This document shows, one piece after another, positions 12,751 through 25,253 of a DNA stretch of 64,000 bases (its first letter is position 1; the number at the start of each line of letters is the position of its first letter). A model generated the notes under the pieces. It saw nothing but the letters and a program-made list of their open reading frames with translations. It made no database searches and was not told the DNA's origin. Made by a program: the position numbers and the translations under genes. Source of the stretch: Octopus sinensis (taxonomy: Eukaryota); the NCBI RefSeq assembly GCF_006345805.1, contig NC_043006.1:105772001-105836000 (forward strand). Direction: 5' to 3'.

Positions 12751-12955
12751 TGTAATTATATAACATATACATATAATTCTTTTATATATATGTACGTATA
12801 GTTATGCTGTACATGTATGTATATACATGTGTATATAATCAGTGTATATGTGTATACATGCATGTGTATGTGGGGCATGTCCCTTTGAGCGTATTCTGGG
12901 ATGTATATATAAACACTATACAGACATAGACAGACAGACAGACACACACACACAC

Positions 12956-12994
<39 letters not shown>

Positions 12995-13318
12995 AGACCA
13001 CATCTAAATTATCACGTGCGTATTCGGTACATTAGCGGGAAACTTCAAGTAAGGCACAGCTGTCGAATCAGCCGACTACTTATGAGTATATCATATGCTA
13101 CACAATATGTTAGGCGTTCTTTAGATATATTCATATATATAAACGAACACTCGCATGCACGTATAGTCTGATAGAGTAGTGAGATGTATATGGTTATGTT
13201 TATACACACATACATAGACATACAGAGAGAGAGGGGGAGGCTTGATAGTTAGATAAGTAGATATGTGAATAAATATATATGCATGTGTTGGTGTATGTGT
13301 GTGCCTGTATGTGTATGA

Positions 13319-13379
<61 letters not shown>

Positions 13380-13954
13380 CATGCATACATATATATATAC
13401 ATGTATATATATATGTGCATATGTATATATGTATATACATGTATGTATGTGTAAATATATATATATAGATAGATGGATGGATAGATAGATAGACAGATAT
13501 ATATATGTATATATACATTTATGTGCATATATGTATGTGTCTATCTTTCTCTCTATATATATGGGGGGATGTGTATACAAAAATACTTATATACATCTAT
13601 ACATTTACATATATGACACGCTCACAGATACTAAAATGTTTTGGAACAGATGTTCACACACATGCATACAATCATCATGCATACACACATATATAAGTTT
13701 TTGTGTATGGGCATATGAGTGTGCGTGTAAACGCGTGTGTTTGTGAATGTGAGGGCTCGGTTGAGCATCATGTAATTTTAATGAGAACTCGCTTCGAATT
13801 TTCCAGTCGAATCACCACCGAATGACATTGCTTAGAATTGGAGTGGAAGTACCTGAAGAAAAGTGGACTGAAGAGAGAGCGTGAGAAGAGACATAGAGGG
13901 AGAGGGAGAGAAAGAAAGAGGGAAAGAAAGAGGGAAGGAAAGTGAGAAGGAAAG

Positions 13955-13993
<39 letters not shown>

Positions 13994-14559
13994 ATGAGGC
14001 GGGGAAAGAAGTAAATATATGGGGTGGAACCAACTGACAGAACGGAGGCGGAGGCGGCGGCAGAGGCGACGGAGGTGACTGCGGCGGAGCTGAGGGAAGT
14101 GCCGCCTTCACCGCCGCCGTTCGTTCGGAAGTTAGTAAGATTTTGTTACTGATGAACGGCATATTTTTTTGTCGTTTAGTGAAAGTGAGGGAAGAAGTGT
14201 GACAGAGGGTGAGAGGGGTGAGGAAAGGAGAGTGACTAGGATATATATGTATACATATACGTACATGTATGTGTGTGTGTATATATGTATATATATATAT
14301 ATATATATATCGATATATATATATATATATATATATACGCAGGTATATATACACACATATAGATATACATATACATACAAACACACACACACACACTCAT
14401 ATATATATGTATATATATAAAACTATGTATAAAGATACATATATTTATTAACGTATACACACGGAAATATTAGACGATCCTTTTGTGAACTTTTTTTCTG
14501 GAACGGTTTCATATATTGGTAAACAGTCAACAGCGTTGGAGAGCACAAAAGTCGCTGTT

Positions 14560-15080
14560 GATAAAAATGTTAACTGACGTAGAGGACCGGAAGTCATCTG
14601 AATATTTGAAAAGAGTTACCTGTATATCGACGATTTGCGCCAGGTATCAAACTACCAACGTCATGATTGCTGTTCAATGTTCTGTGAACTTTATGAAGGC
14701 TGTAAGACACGGAAAGCTGCAACGGAGACTACGAAACCGTGGCCAGCACGACTGTGATTGTCTTAGGATGTGTCTCCAGTGGGAGTGACGTCATGCCGTC
14801 CACACATCTTTGAACAGAACCTCAGACTCAACTCAGACGACAATATAAAGCTACTGGAGATTGTGGTCAATCTCCAGGTTGCTGCTGGAAGGTTATTTGT
14901 GTGGCAGTAGGATTCGGCAACTTGCCATTCCGCCAGAAAGAGTCAGAAGTGCATGTCGGAGAATTTCTATGATATCACCAGTGCCAATTTCTGACTTCTT
15001 AGTTCCCCCAAATGTAATCCCCCGGATTACTATGTGTGGGGCGCGGTTGAGAAAGACACCAATCACCCTGCATACAACAA
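14560..15080 (+). pseudogene. maT/DD37D Tc1-mariner transposase remnant (internally deleted)
   Basis: SDVMPSTHIFEQNLRLNSD..AAGRLFVWQ*DSATCH..CNPPDYYVWGAVEKDTN: second and third catalytic Asp motifs of DD37D-type elements. Confidence 0.75.
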
Positions 15081-15084
15081 GATC

Positions 15085-15690
15085 TTTTGTCGGTTTTTCT
15101 GAGCATTTTGTCTTCACAGCTTTTTGTAACTGCTTCAGCAAGTTGGCATAGTACTGTCCATTGATGGTGTGACCCTTTTGAAGATAGTCAATAAACACAA
15201 TCCCAACAAATCTGAGGCCATCACCTCCACTGCAGATGAAACGACCTTTCCCTTCGTTGGAGCAGGTAAGTAGGGCTGTTTCCACAGCATAAATTATCTT
15301 TTTGTATCTGGCTCATCGTGGACATACCCAGTACTCACCCTCGTTTAAGAAACATTTAGGGAAGCCAACTAGATCTGCCTCAAGCGATGTCAGATTTCCC
15401 CGTGATGCGATCAGCCTGGTGCGCCTTTGATCAGATATGACACTCATCGAGTAGAAACCTTCGTCATACCAAGTTCATGTGCAGAATATTCCCAACTCTT
15501 TCACAGGATATGCTAATTGCATCGGCTATTTGATTTATTGTAAATTGCTTGTTATCTATCACCATGTGCTGACCACGATCAATGTTTTCCTCGGTAGTGG
15601 CAGCTACAGGACGCCCAGATTTTGAGTCATCTTCAAGGCTCTCCTCTCACCCACAAAATTCAGCTGCCAACTTTTGCACTGTGGAGCGTC
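15085..15690 (-). pseudogene. Mariner (DD34D) transposase remnant
   Basis: GIVFIDYLQKGHTINGQYYANLLKQLQKAVK plus degenerate upstream KVSTRWV and DE.WV..EP.TK segments; frameshifted. Confidence 0.8.
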
Positions 15691-15778
15691 ATCAACTAAT
15701 GTAGCAACCATGTCAGCATGAATGTCCTTGGAGAAAGGACTGAATGCTTTTTTTTTCCTGCGAGTACTTGATAACAGT

Positions 15779-16088
15779 GGAGGCGCAATGGCCCAGTGGT
15801 TAGGGCAGCGGACTCGCTGTCGGAGGATCGCGGTTTCGATTCCCAGACCGGGCGTTGTGTATGTTTATTAAGCGAAAAGCCCCACGAGGCTCCGGCAGGG
15901 GGTGGTGACGACCCCTGTTGTACTCTTTCGCCAGAACTTTCTCTCACTCTCTCTTCCTGTTTCTTAAGTAACGCTACGATAGACTGGCGTCCCGTCCAGC
16001 TGGGAGGAACACATACGCCACAGGAACCGGGAAACCGGGCCCGTGAGCCTGGCTAGGCTTGAAAAGGGCGCATGAAATAAAAAAAAAA
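15779..16088 (+). mobile_element. tRNA-derived SINE (family 3), full-length with A-rich tail
   Basis: GGAGGCGCAATGGCCCAGTGGTTAGGGCAGCGGACTCG..GGTTTCGATTCCCAG head; GATAGACTGGCGTCCCGTCCAG domain; ends GAAATAAAAAAAAAA. Copies at 21862-22173 (-) and 29024 (+). Confidence 0.9.
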
Positions 16089-17148
16089 TGATAACACCAC
16101 AATACCAAATTTTGTCAAGTTGCAAGAGAATTCGGTACTAGTTAGTTCTAGAGTCTTCTTTGAAGAGTCGGGTGTCAGTTTACCTGAAGAAAATAATGCA
16201 GTCTGAAATGAATAGATGCAACATTTCACGGCTCTAACAATACTCCATGGCCACCCTGTGAACTTTTCGCTCCACCCTGGCATCCAGAGACACATAGAGA
16301 CAGATCACAACCATCAGCACATCGGTGGGGATGCTGATGCTGATGCTGCTGATGCTTGCAGTGATGGTGATGGTGATGGTGGTGGTGATGGTGGTGGTGG
16401 TAGTGTTAGAGCTGATAGTAGTTGTGGTGGTAGTGTCAGCGGTTGTTGATTACTTTGCATGAGAGCAGCGAAAGAGGAGGAAGACGAAAGAGAGGCGACA
16501 GAGGAATAAATAGAGAGAAAGAGAGGGGAAGTCTCTTAGCGTTTTGGAAGGAGGAGACAACAAAGCGATGACGACACTGGTTTGTGGGTGCAGCACGGAA
16601 AGAGATGTAGGAGGAGGAGGCGCAGAAAAGCGAGAATAAGGAACAAGGGAAGTAGGAGTGATGTTTAATGAGAGGCGGTATTGGAGGCAGACAGAGGGCG
16701 CTGGAAGTCAGAGGCAGATAGAAAGAGTGAGTGAGAAAGAAAGTTGGAATGAAGCCTCCAAGCAGGAATTGTTTTAGACTTTTCCAAACATTTAATCTTA
16801 GGCATTTTGTCATCTTGTTATTTTTATAATTGTCTATTTGTATTGTTTTGTTTTTTCCTAAACAAAAGGAAACACAAATAAGTGAAACAGATAAAATCAC
16901 TTAAATATACACCCACACATATACACCCACACATATATACCCACACATATACACCCACACATATACACCCACACATATACACCCACACATACGTACAAAA
17001 CATGTACAGGGATGCATGCATATGTTTGTGTGTGCTTGTTTGCATATATGCATTTACGTACGTACGTATGTATCTATGCATATATGTATGTACTTACGTG
17101 CATATATGTGGGTAGGTATAAAAAGTATGCGTGTATATATATACATAC

Positions 17149-17182
<34 letters not shown>

Positions 17183-17215
17183 ATATGTGTGTGTGTATGT
17201 ATGTATGTATGTATG

Positions 17216-17257
<42 letters not shown>

Positions 17258-17449
17258 CATACATAGAGACAAGTAGATATATACTAGTGTACGTGTATGT
17301 ATTTACATATGAAAATAATGTGTGAATGTAATTAAGGAGAAGTAAAGAGCAACAAATATTTGTTTGTATGTATGAGTTTGTGTGTGTTTATACGCATGTA
17401 TACACATGCAAGTACATGTTTTGTGTATACACACACATACATATATGAT

Positions 17450-17768
17450 TATATGTATGTATGTATATTTCTATGTATGTATGTATGTATGTATATTTCT
17501 ATGTATATATGTATGTATATTTCTATGTATGTATGTATGTATATTTCTATGTATGTATGTATGTAATTTTCTATGTATGTATGTAGGTATATTTGTATGT
17601 ATGTATGTATATTTCTATGTATGTATGTATATATATATATTTGTATGTATGTATGTATGTATGTATATATGCATGTATGTATGTATATATGTATGTATCT
17701 ATGTATGTATGTATCTATGTATGTATGTATGTATATGTATGTATATATGTATGCATGTATGTATGTAT
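17450..17768. repeat. (TATG)n microsatellite with periodic ATTTCT interruptions
   Basis: The unit ATGTATATTTCTATGT recurs every 24-28 bp. Confidence 0.85.
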
Positions 17769-17849
17769 GAAGCCCGTCGTATTACATACATATATATATA
17801 TATATATATATACTATATATATATATATATAATATAATAATATATATAT

Positions 17850-18862
17850 ACTTTGATACTTTGATACGTTGATAGGTTTCGGCCATTATTGGGCCAAGGC
17901 CATGTCTAACTTAATAGCACCACCTGGTGAAGTCTTTCAAGTTCAGAATTGGGCACTATGGCCCACTCAAGTAGAGAGTTATTGTTTACAGAGACATATC
18001 CGGGTGTAGGGGGTTTATCCTGGATTTCTTGAAGGAATCTGTCAAAGACTTCTTGAATCCTATAGGGTCAGTTTCTGTTTTAATGTGTTTTGGTGTAATG
18101 TTAAAGAGAGCGGGGCCAATTGAGGTGAAATAATTGTGCCGTATTGTTGTTATGAGATGAGAGTGCGATTTTTGTTTTGGGCGGATGGCACGGGGCCAAG
18201 CCTTGGATGTACCTTAAAGGTGATGCCAACATCATTTGGGCAATGCTGATGGAATATTTTCCCACATCATGCAGATGATGTAGCGCTCACGACGACGTTG
18301 GAGAGAATAGAGTTTTAGCTTTTCTAGTCGACCCCATAGTCGAGGCCTGTCATGCCATCTATCTTTTTTGTGATTGCCCTTTGAGGTGCTTCAACTTTTA
18401 TGATACCTTGTATTGGTGGGGAGACCACAGTGGACAGCAGTATTCGAGGTGGGGTCGGGCAAAAGTGAGAGAAGAGAAGGATAATGGTGTGGATATCTCT
18501 CGACTGGAAAGTTCTGAGAATCCGGAACACATTCTGCGGGCCATGTCAACTTTGGTGTTTATATGAGTGGCCCAGCTTATGTTGTTGTCCACAATTACTC
18601 CCAAGTCTCTGATGTTGTTGGACGCCGCGAGAGTTTCACCTGAAGGAAGGGAGTATGGGAGTTTCAGGGCATCCCTTTTCCAAAGTGGATTAGCTCAAAT
18701 TTATCCTCGTTCAGCAGCATATTGTTTTTTTCTGCCCATTGGATAACAGCCAGTAGATCTGACTGAAGGCATGTCTGGTCACTCGCCTCATTTATGACCT
18801 TCTGTAGCTTGGAGTCATCTGCAAAGATTTTTATGTTGCTGTGCTTGATGATGTCATTAATG
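17850..18862 (-). mobile_element. CR1-like LINE, 5'-truncated (copy A)
   Basis: [75 protein letters not shown]; (TATCAAAG)n octamer tail; (TA)n on both flanks. Confidence 0.9.
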
Positions 18863-18904
18863 ACATATATATATATATATATATATAATATATATATATA
18901 TATC

Positions 18905-19008
<104 letters not shown>

Positions 19009-19191
19009 GGATATATATATGGATACATATGCATATATATACGCACACACACATACACATATATATGGATGCATATAAATATATATATATATATATATTG
19101 TCAATAATAAAAGGGTAAAATTAATTGATTATTAATTATCAATTTTACCAAGTTCAGTATGTAAGAAGACCATTTACGGTATATTTAAAAC

Positions 19192-19395
19192 ATTACGTTA
19201 TATAATTAGGGTTCAGTAAAATAATTTACTTTACCAAACACCGAACTTTTAGAAATAGCAGCCAACAAATTTTAGCTATTTCCTCTACTATAAGAAAAGT
19301 CTCCCAGATAGCTAAAAGTGTTTGGCTGCTATTTCTAAAAGTTCGGTGTGTGGTAAAGTAAATTATTTTACTGAACCCTAATTATATAACGTAAT
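19192..19395. repeat. Long inverted repeat: 88-bp arms (84/88 identical), 28-nt loop
   Basis: Arm 19192-19279 is the reverse complement of arm 19308-19395 with 4 mismatches. Confidence 0.95.
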
Positions 19396-19415
19396 ATATA
19401 TATATATATATGTAT

Positions 19416-19482
<67 letters not shown>

Positions 19483-20427
19483 TATAGACATATACATATA
19501 TTCATACATAGAGATGTGTGCGTGCATGTTATATGCGTGTATGTGTGTATGTGCGTGTGCGTGTTTGTGTGTGTGCGTGTGTATGTGTGTGTGTGTATGC
19601 GCATATGCTGCAGGTCACTTATGAGGTCTCTCATGTGTGCTCCTGGTGGCATGGAATCCAGTACAACCTGTCAAATGATCAGGTCGTCGGCGACTAAACC
19701 AATGCCTCACTAGCCTTGCCTAGTGTTAAGGGTTGCCAGAAATCCAACAGGAATAAAAGCAAAATCTGTCAAAAGGACAAATGAATTTAGCGTAAGTTCA
19801 ACGACTTTCTAACAATGCTCCAACAATATTCTAACAATATCATTTTTTTAATATGACTACGTTTATATATGATATATGTATGCTTGTGAGCAGCTGTCTG
19901 CGGCGTATACGTATATATGTGTACATATGTGTATACATGTATATTTTATGAGTGTATTTATGTTTGTCTGTGTCTGAACAACTGGGCTAATTGAAGTGGT
20001 AATGCCATTGACATCTCTAGATTTAATCTAGCGTAAAAATAACACAAAAACAATGAAAACAAGAGAAATAAAAGAGAAGCAATGAACAGGGTTTTTTTTT
20101 TCTGTAAATAAAAATTACTTAGTTCATAAATATTTCATGAAAGAAAACCAACGTTATCTGAACAGTAAGTTATTGTTTTGTAAAGAATCACATGAAAACC
20201 AAAGCATAATAAAAATATAAGTTAAAGAATGTTGAATTAGTTTATTAGTTTATATTAGTTTTTAATAACAAAAAGACTACTATTTCGAATCCATGGAATT
20301 GCCGTTCACCCCAATACGAAAACAAAGCAAAAGATAATTTTAAGAGCCAGAATATATTGAATGGTGAAATAGAGCGAAAATAATATAATAAAAAATATAA
20401 TTCCTCATCTCCATCACCGCATTAAAG

Positions 20428-20460
<33 letters not shown>

Positions 20461-20544
20461 TTACACTTGTGTACGAAATATTAATTGAAATATAATGAAA
20501 ACAAAATGAAAATATTACCAGATAAACGCATATATTCTTTTATT

Positions 20545-21035
20545 CTTGTACTCTTTCATTTTTTCAGTCATTTGACTGCGGCCATGCTGGAGCACCGCCT
20601 TTAGTCGAACAGATCGACCCCCAGGATTTATTTTTGTGAGCCTTGTATTTATCCTAACGGTTGCTTTTGCCGAACCGCTAAGTTACGGGGACATAAACAC
20701 AACAACGGTTGTCAGGCGATGATGGGGGACAAACACAGACACACAAACACACACACACACACACACATACACACACACGTCGTATATATATATATACGTC
20801 GTATACACACACACGTCGTATATATATATATATATATATATATATACGACGGGCTTCTTTCAGTTTCCGCCTACCAAATATATACATATTTGGTTTCCGC
20901 CTACCAAAACCACTCGCAAGGCTTTGGTTGGCCCGAGGCTATAGTAGAAGACACTGGCCCAAGGTGCAACGCAGTGGAACTGAACCCGGAACCATGTGGT
21001 TGGTAAACAAGCTACTTACCATACACCCATGCCAG
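20545..21035 (-). mobile_element. SINE family 1, full-length with rearranged internal microsatellite
   Basis: Family head, CORE-like and tail motifs on the minus strand; internal (CA)/(TA) block carries inverted and duplicated CGTCG borders. Confidence 0.85.
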
Positions 21036-21089
21036 CGCCTATATATATATATATATATATACCTATATATTTATATAATTTATATAAAT

Positions 21090-21640
21090 TCATGTACAAG
21101 CCACATTCCAGAAGTTTTGAAAAAAGCGAGACATTTATTGATTTAGAAGATATACAAAACTCTAATCTTCTTCTAAGTAAGATCCTATGACTTCACAGCA
21201 TTTGTCGCAGTTCTCCACCAACTTTGTGAAGGCCCCATGAAATTCCTCCAAAGTGAAGTTGTCAAGCTCCCTCATTACAGCCTCCTTCATCTTCTTCATC
21301 TTGAAGAAAAACCAAAAGTGACAGCGAGCAAGGTCTTCCCTGTAGAGAGGATGAGGGACAGGTTTGAAGACCATCTCTGAAGTTGGTCACCAGGATGGAT
21401 TGCGGACTGGTGCATTGTGTTCGTGCAGGTACTTTGGTCTTTTGCGACGAAATCTCTTCTTGATCTCCTTCAAGTTCTCCAGGAAATACTAATTGTTGAC
21501 TTGTTGACAGTCTGACCAGAGAGAACCCAGTGGATGAAAATGTTCTTTTTGCTGTCGAGAAGAGACTCATCAAGAGCTTTCGGTGGACTTCCTTTGCCTA
21601 GCCTCTTATCCCAACAAAAATTAGATGCTGCTCTCATACA
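21090..21640 (-). pseudogene. Mariner transposase C-terminal remnant
   Basis: VPHPLYREDLARCHFWFFFKMK..EAVMRELDNFTLEEFHGAFTKLVENCDKCCEVIGSYLEED resembles the mariner C-terminus HPPYSPDLAPCDFWLFPKLK..RYNKCIE..GSYFE. Confidence 0.75.
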
Positions 21641-21861
21641 ATTTAATCCCTAAACTGTAACTTGCACTGCTTAGCAGAGTGTGTTCAATTTCCTTCACTC
21701 TGGAATAACAAAAGTTGTCAGCTTATTAGATGGTCAGTTGGTCAATTTATTAGACGTATACTAATAATATACTAAAATTATGATCATCTAGGACAGTTAC
21801 AACTACCTCTCCTAAAAGTGCCTGAAAATTTGGGGGATGCACATTGCGTATAACAAAACGA

Positions 21862-22173
21862 TAAACGTCGCCCTTTTCAAGCCTAGCCAGGCTCATGGGC
21901 CCAGTTTCCTGGTTTCTGTAAAGTATGTGTCCCCCCCCCCAGCTAGACGGGACGCCAGTCCATCGCAGCGTTACTCAAGAAACAGGAAGCGAGAGTGAGA
22001 GAAAGTTGTGGCGATAGAGTATAACAGGAGTCACCCCCCCCCCTGCCGGAGCCTCGTGGACCTTTTTAGGTGTTTTCGCTCAATAAACACACACAACGCC
22101 CGGTCTGGGAAACGAAAACCGCGATCCTCCGACCGCGAGTCCGCTGCCCTAACCATTGGGTCATTGCGTCTCC
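21862..22173 (-). mobile_element. SINE family 3
   Basis: Reverse complement of 15779-16088. Confidence 0.9.
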
Positions 22174-22229
22174 ATACCTTGCATATATGTATGTATACGT
22201 TTAGAGGCATATATGAATGCATAAATAAA

Positions 22230-23018
22230 TGTATGTTACTGCATCAGCAGGTTTCAGTGTGTCGAGGTTTCTTACTTTTAACATGATGTTACCCTTTACA
22301 TTTTTAAGGTACCAAGCTAAGTTATTTTCATTGCTTTTGACACAATTTTCACAACTTATCACTTCCCTACCTTTTTCTTTTTTTTTTCTGACATATGCTC
22401 TAACAACTTCACTCGTGGATGGAGGTCTTTATGCGCTGTCGACAATTTACTAGTTTTCCTACCTAAATTGTCTTCCCTCCATTTAATAACTCCTGCTCCT
22501 TAGCGCATGAGACAAAACCAATGTATTCGTTACTTTGATCTCATTCAATCTATTCAATTTAGACGACATTACATGTCTCACTCACCTGAGATATTCTGAG
22601 GTATGCTTTTTGAACATCATTTTTTTCTCTTTGGTCTTATCCAACTCAAAGACTCCCAAATACTTGTATCCTTCCTCTACCACATTTTTTATAACCTGGC
22701 CATTCGCAAGCTCAACCTGCCAACTCTTTATTCGTTTTCCACGTCACATAGTTACAACATGATATTTTTTACCCCATACTCCAACCCAATATCCAGACTA
22801 ATCTCGTTTATATATCAGATGTTAAACTGTCGTTTTCGTCCTCACCTTTCGCAAACTGTTTTAAATCACCCACGAATAACAGACGGTTTGATCTTAATAC
22901 CATCTAGCACATATCCCATTTTCATTTTTGTAAGGACTTGGGTAAGGGAGACCATGCAGATGACAAATAAGAACGGGGATAAGCTATCTTCTTGAAACAT
23001 ACCACTTCGTATGTTGAC
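22230..23018 (-). pseudogene. R4/Dong-clade non-LTR retrotransposon RT fragment
   Basis: VNIRSGMFQEDSLSPFLFVICMVSLT..GY..NRLLFVGDLKQFAK..GYKYLGVFE..SKLN..LHP..VVRAYVRK: the GIFQGDSLSP / NHLLFMDDLKL signature of R4/Dong. Confidence 0.8.
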
Positions 23019-23610
23019 AGATCCTTTCCCCCACAGCTCTTTACTACATGTCACGAAGTGTTCATGAAATCGATTGAATGGAAAACTGAAATTAACTTCA
23101 ACAGCGATCCACTACAAATTGCCCCCGTTTCACACAGGACATCGTTCTCGTCGCTGAGACTTCAGATCGTACTAACAGAGTTTATACATGGGAGTAAATA
23201 AACGTTGAAACGAGTGTGCTAAAACCCTATGCAGAATAAGAGCAGTGTAGAAGGCCTATGGCTCAACTGAAGATGTGCTCAAAAACGCTGCTCCACAAGA
23301 TACTGCTAGGCAATCTTAACATCGTCTTACATGCGCACTTACACGGATTTAGGGCGTGAACTACTACGAAGAAGGAAGAACAGACATTGGCTACGTCACA
23401 AATAGTCACAGAAAGATCCATTCTAGGAATATCATTGTGGGAACATGTCAGAAACTATGTAGTTTGAAAACAGAGGGAAATTTGCCAGGGTGGACATATC
23501 CAAGGTTTACAGACAACAGGTAGATGTTTCCAGTTGTCATACAATTCGGTTCAAGCTGGAAGAGATGGACGCCATCAAGGGAGGATGGAGACCTACTGTG
23601 ACATCGATAT
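23016..23610 (+). pseudogene. RTE-clade LINE RT fragment
   Basis: PQLFTTCHEVF..EW..INFNSDPL..RFTQDIVLVAETS (RFADDIVL-like), ERSILGISLWEHVRN, GHISRFTDNR. Confidence 0.7.
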
Positions 23611-24233
23611 AAGATCACCTGAGATTCTGGTCGTCCCGTAACTTAGTGGTTCCGCGAAAAGATTCGATGGAATATGTACCAAGCTTAAGAAACAAAAGGT
23701 ACTGTTGTCGATTCATTCCACTAAAATTCCTTAAGACGGTGTCTTAAGAAAATGATATATACATATATATATATGTGAATTCGGTGTGTGTTGCGTTCCA
23801 TTACTTAATAAATGAAAAATGTATAAACAAACGACATAACGTATACCGAATGTAAAAAGGGAGACAAAGACAAAGAGAAGGTCCTTAATTCTTCATCAGT
23901 TATCGACCAATTGGTAATATTCAGTTTCGCACCATTAATGATAAGACTGAGCGCTTCCCAATTGGCAGGACCCACAGAAAAAAAAAGAAGTTTTCTTGCG
24001 GAGTATTAGGGACAAGAACAAACAAAACAAGCAAAACGACACAGAGTCTGGTTTAGAACGATGGATGAAGACCAATAATCGAACGAAATATGGCCTTAGG
24101 GGCAGGAGACGAGAATAGTGGATAATGCTTAGAAACTGTCTTGAAGGGTGGAAAACGGATAGACAGAGAATTTGCGACTGGTCAGCAACGGGATGTCGTT
24201 TGCTTATACATATTTTTATTTGTTATATGTATA

Positions 24234-24312
<79 letters not shown>

Positions 24313-24344
24313 ATATAATATATATATATATATATAATATTAGG

Positions 24345-24835
24345 GAGTAAATCCAAACTTACAGGGAAAAATTAGATTTAGGATTAAATCAAATTTAACA
24401 GTATAAATATATATATTTAAATTAATTGGAGATAAAACCACTATTAGGCAAATCAAACAGTGAAAAACATAAACCAAAACATAAAAATAAATATAATTAA
24501 TATAATATGCAAAATATATAAAATATAAAATTCAAAATTTAAACTATTTAAATTTAAAATTTTTAATTTATATTTATAAATTTTTATTTTTTATATATCT
24601 TATTTTTATTTTATTTTTAAATTATTAAACTTTTAATTTTTTTTTAAATAGCTATCAAAAAGTATTAAAAAGTTTTATATAATATAATAAGTAAAACCAC
24701 TACGTACGTTTCATGGCCATAACCCAATTCGAATTACAATAATTTAAATTCAATAAAAACATTCGAATTATACAAGTAATTATAGTCAATCATTTATCTA
24801 ATAGTGGTTTTATCTCTAATTTAATTTATATATAT
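24345..24835. repeat. AT-rich cassette between (TA)n runs with about 40-bp inverted ends (probable PLE-type terminal remnant)
   Basis: GAGATAAAACCACTATTAG (24429-24447) versus CTAATAGTGGTTTTATCTC (24798-24816); half-hammerhead-like GAAACGTACGTA on the minus strand at about 24700-24712. Confidence 0.55.
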
Positions 24836-25253
24836 ATATATATTTCGTTTTTGTGTTTGGTTTGCAAGATCCTTTATGTGAATTCGTGTGTTGAAGTAGT
24901 CAACAACTATTGAAGAGGTTGCAAGAAACAACAAAAATTTTAGAAGAAAAATAAGAAATGGGTGGAAATTGAACCGGTGAGTGTCATTAAAACAGTCATT
25001 AAAACATGATGACTCTCCCCAGACACAATAATGTGTGTGTGTGTATGTGTGTGTGTGTGTGTCTGTCTGTCTGTGCGCGCGTGTGCGTGTGTGTGTGGTT
25101 GTTTTCTTTTACTTTTTCAGTCATTAGATTGCGGTCATACTGGTGCACCGCCTTACCGTTATGTTTTAAAGCCTGGTGCTTAATCTATCATTCTCTTTTG
25201 ATAAAGCGTTAAGTTACGGGGACATAAACAGACCATCACTGGTTGCCTATTAA

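Noticed and set aside
23860-23960. Minus-strand CTGATGAAG and GCGAAAC as a hammerhead
   Set aside because: The halves cannot be joined with stems in any topology; at most a decayed remnant.
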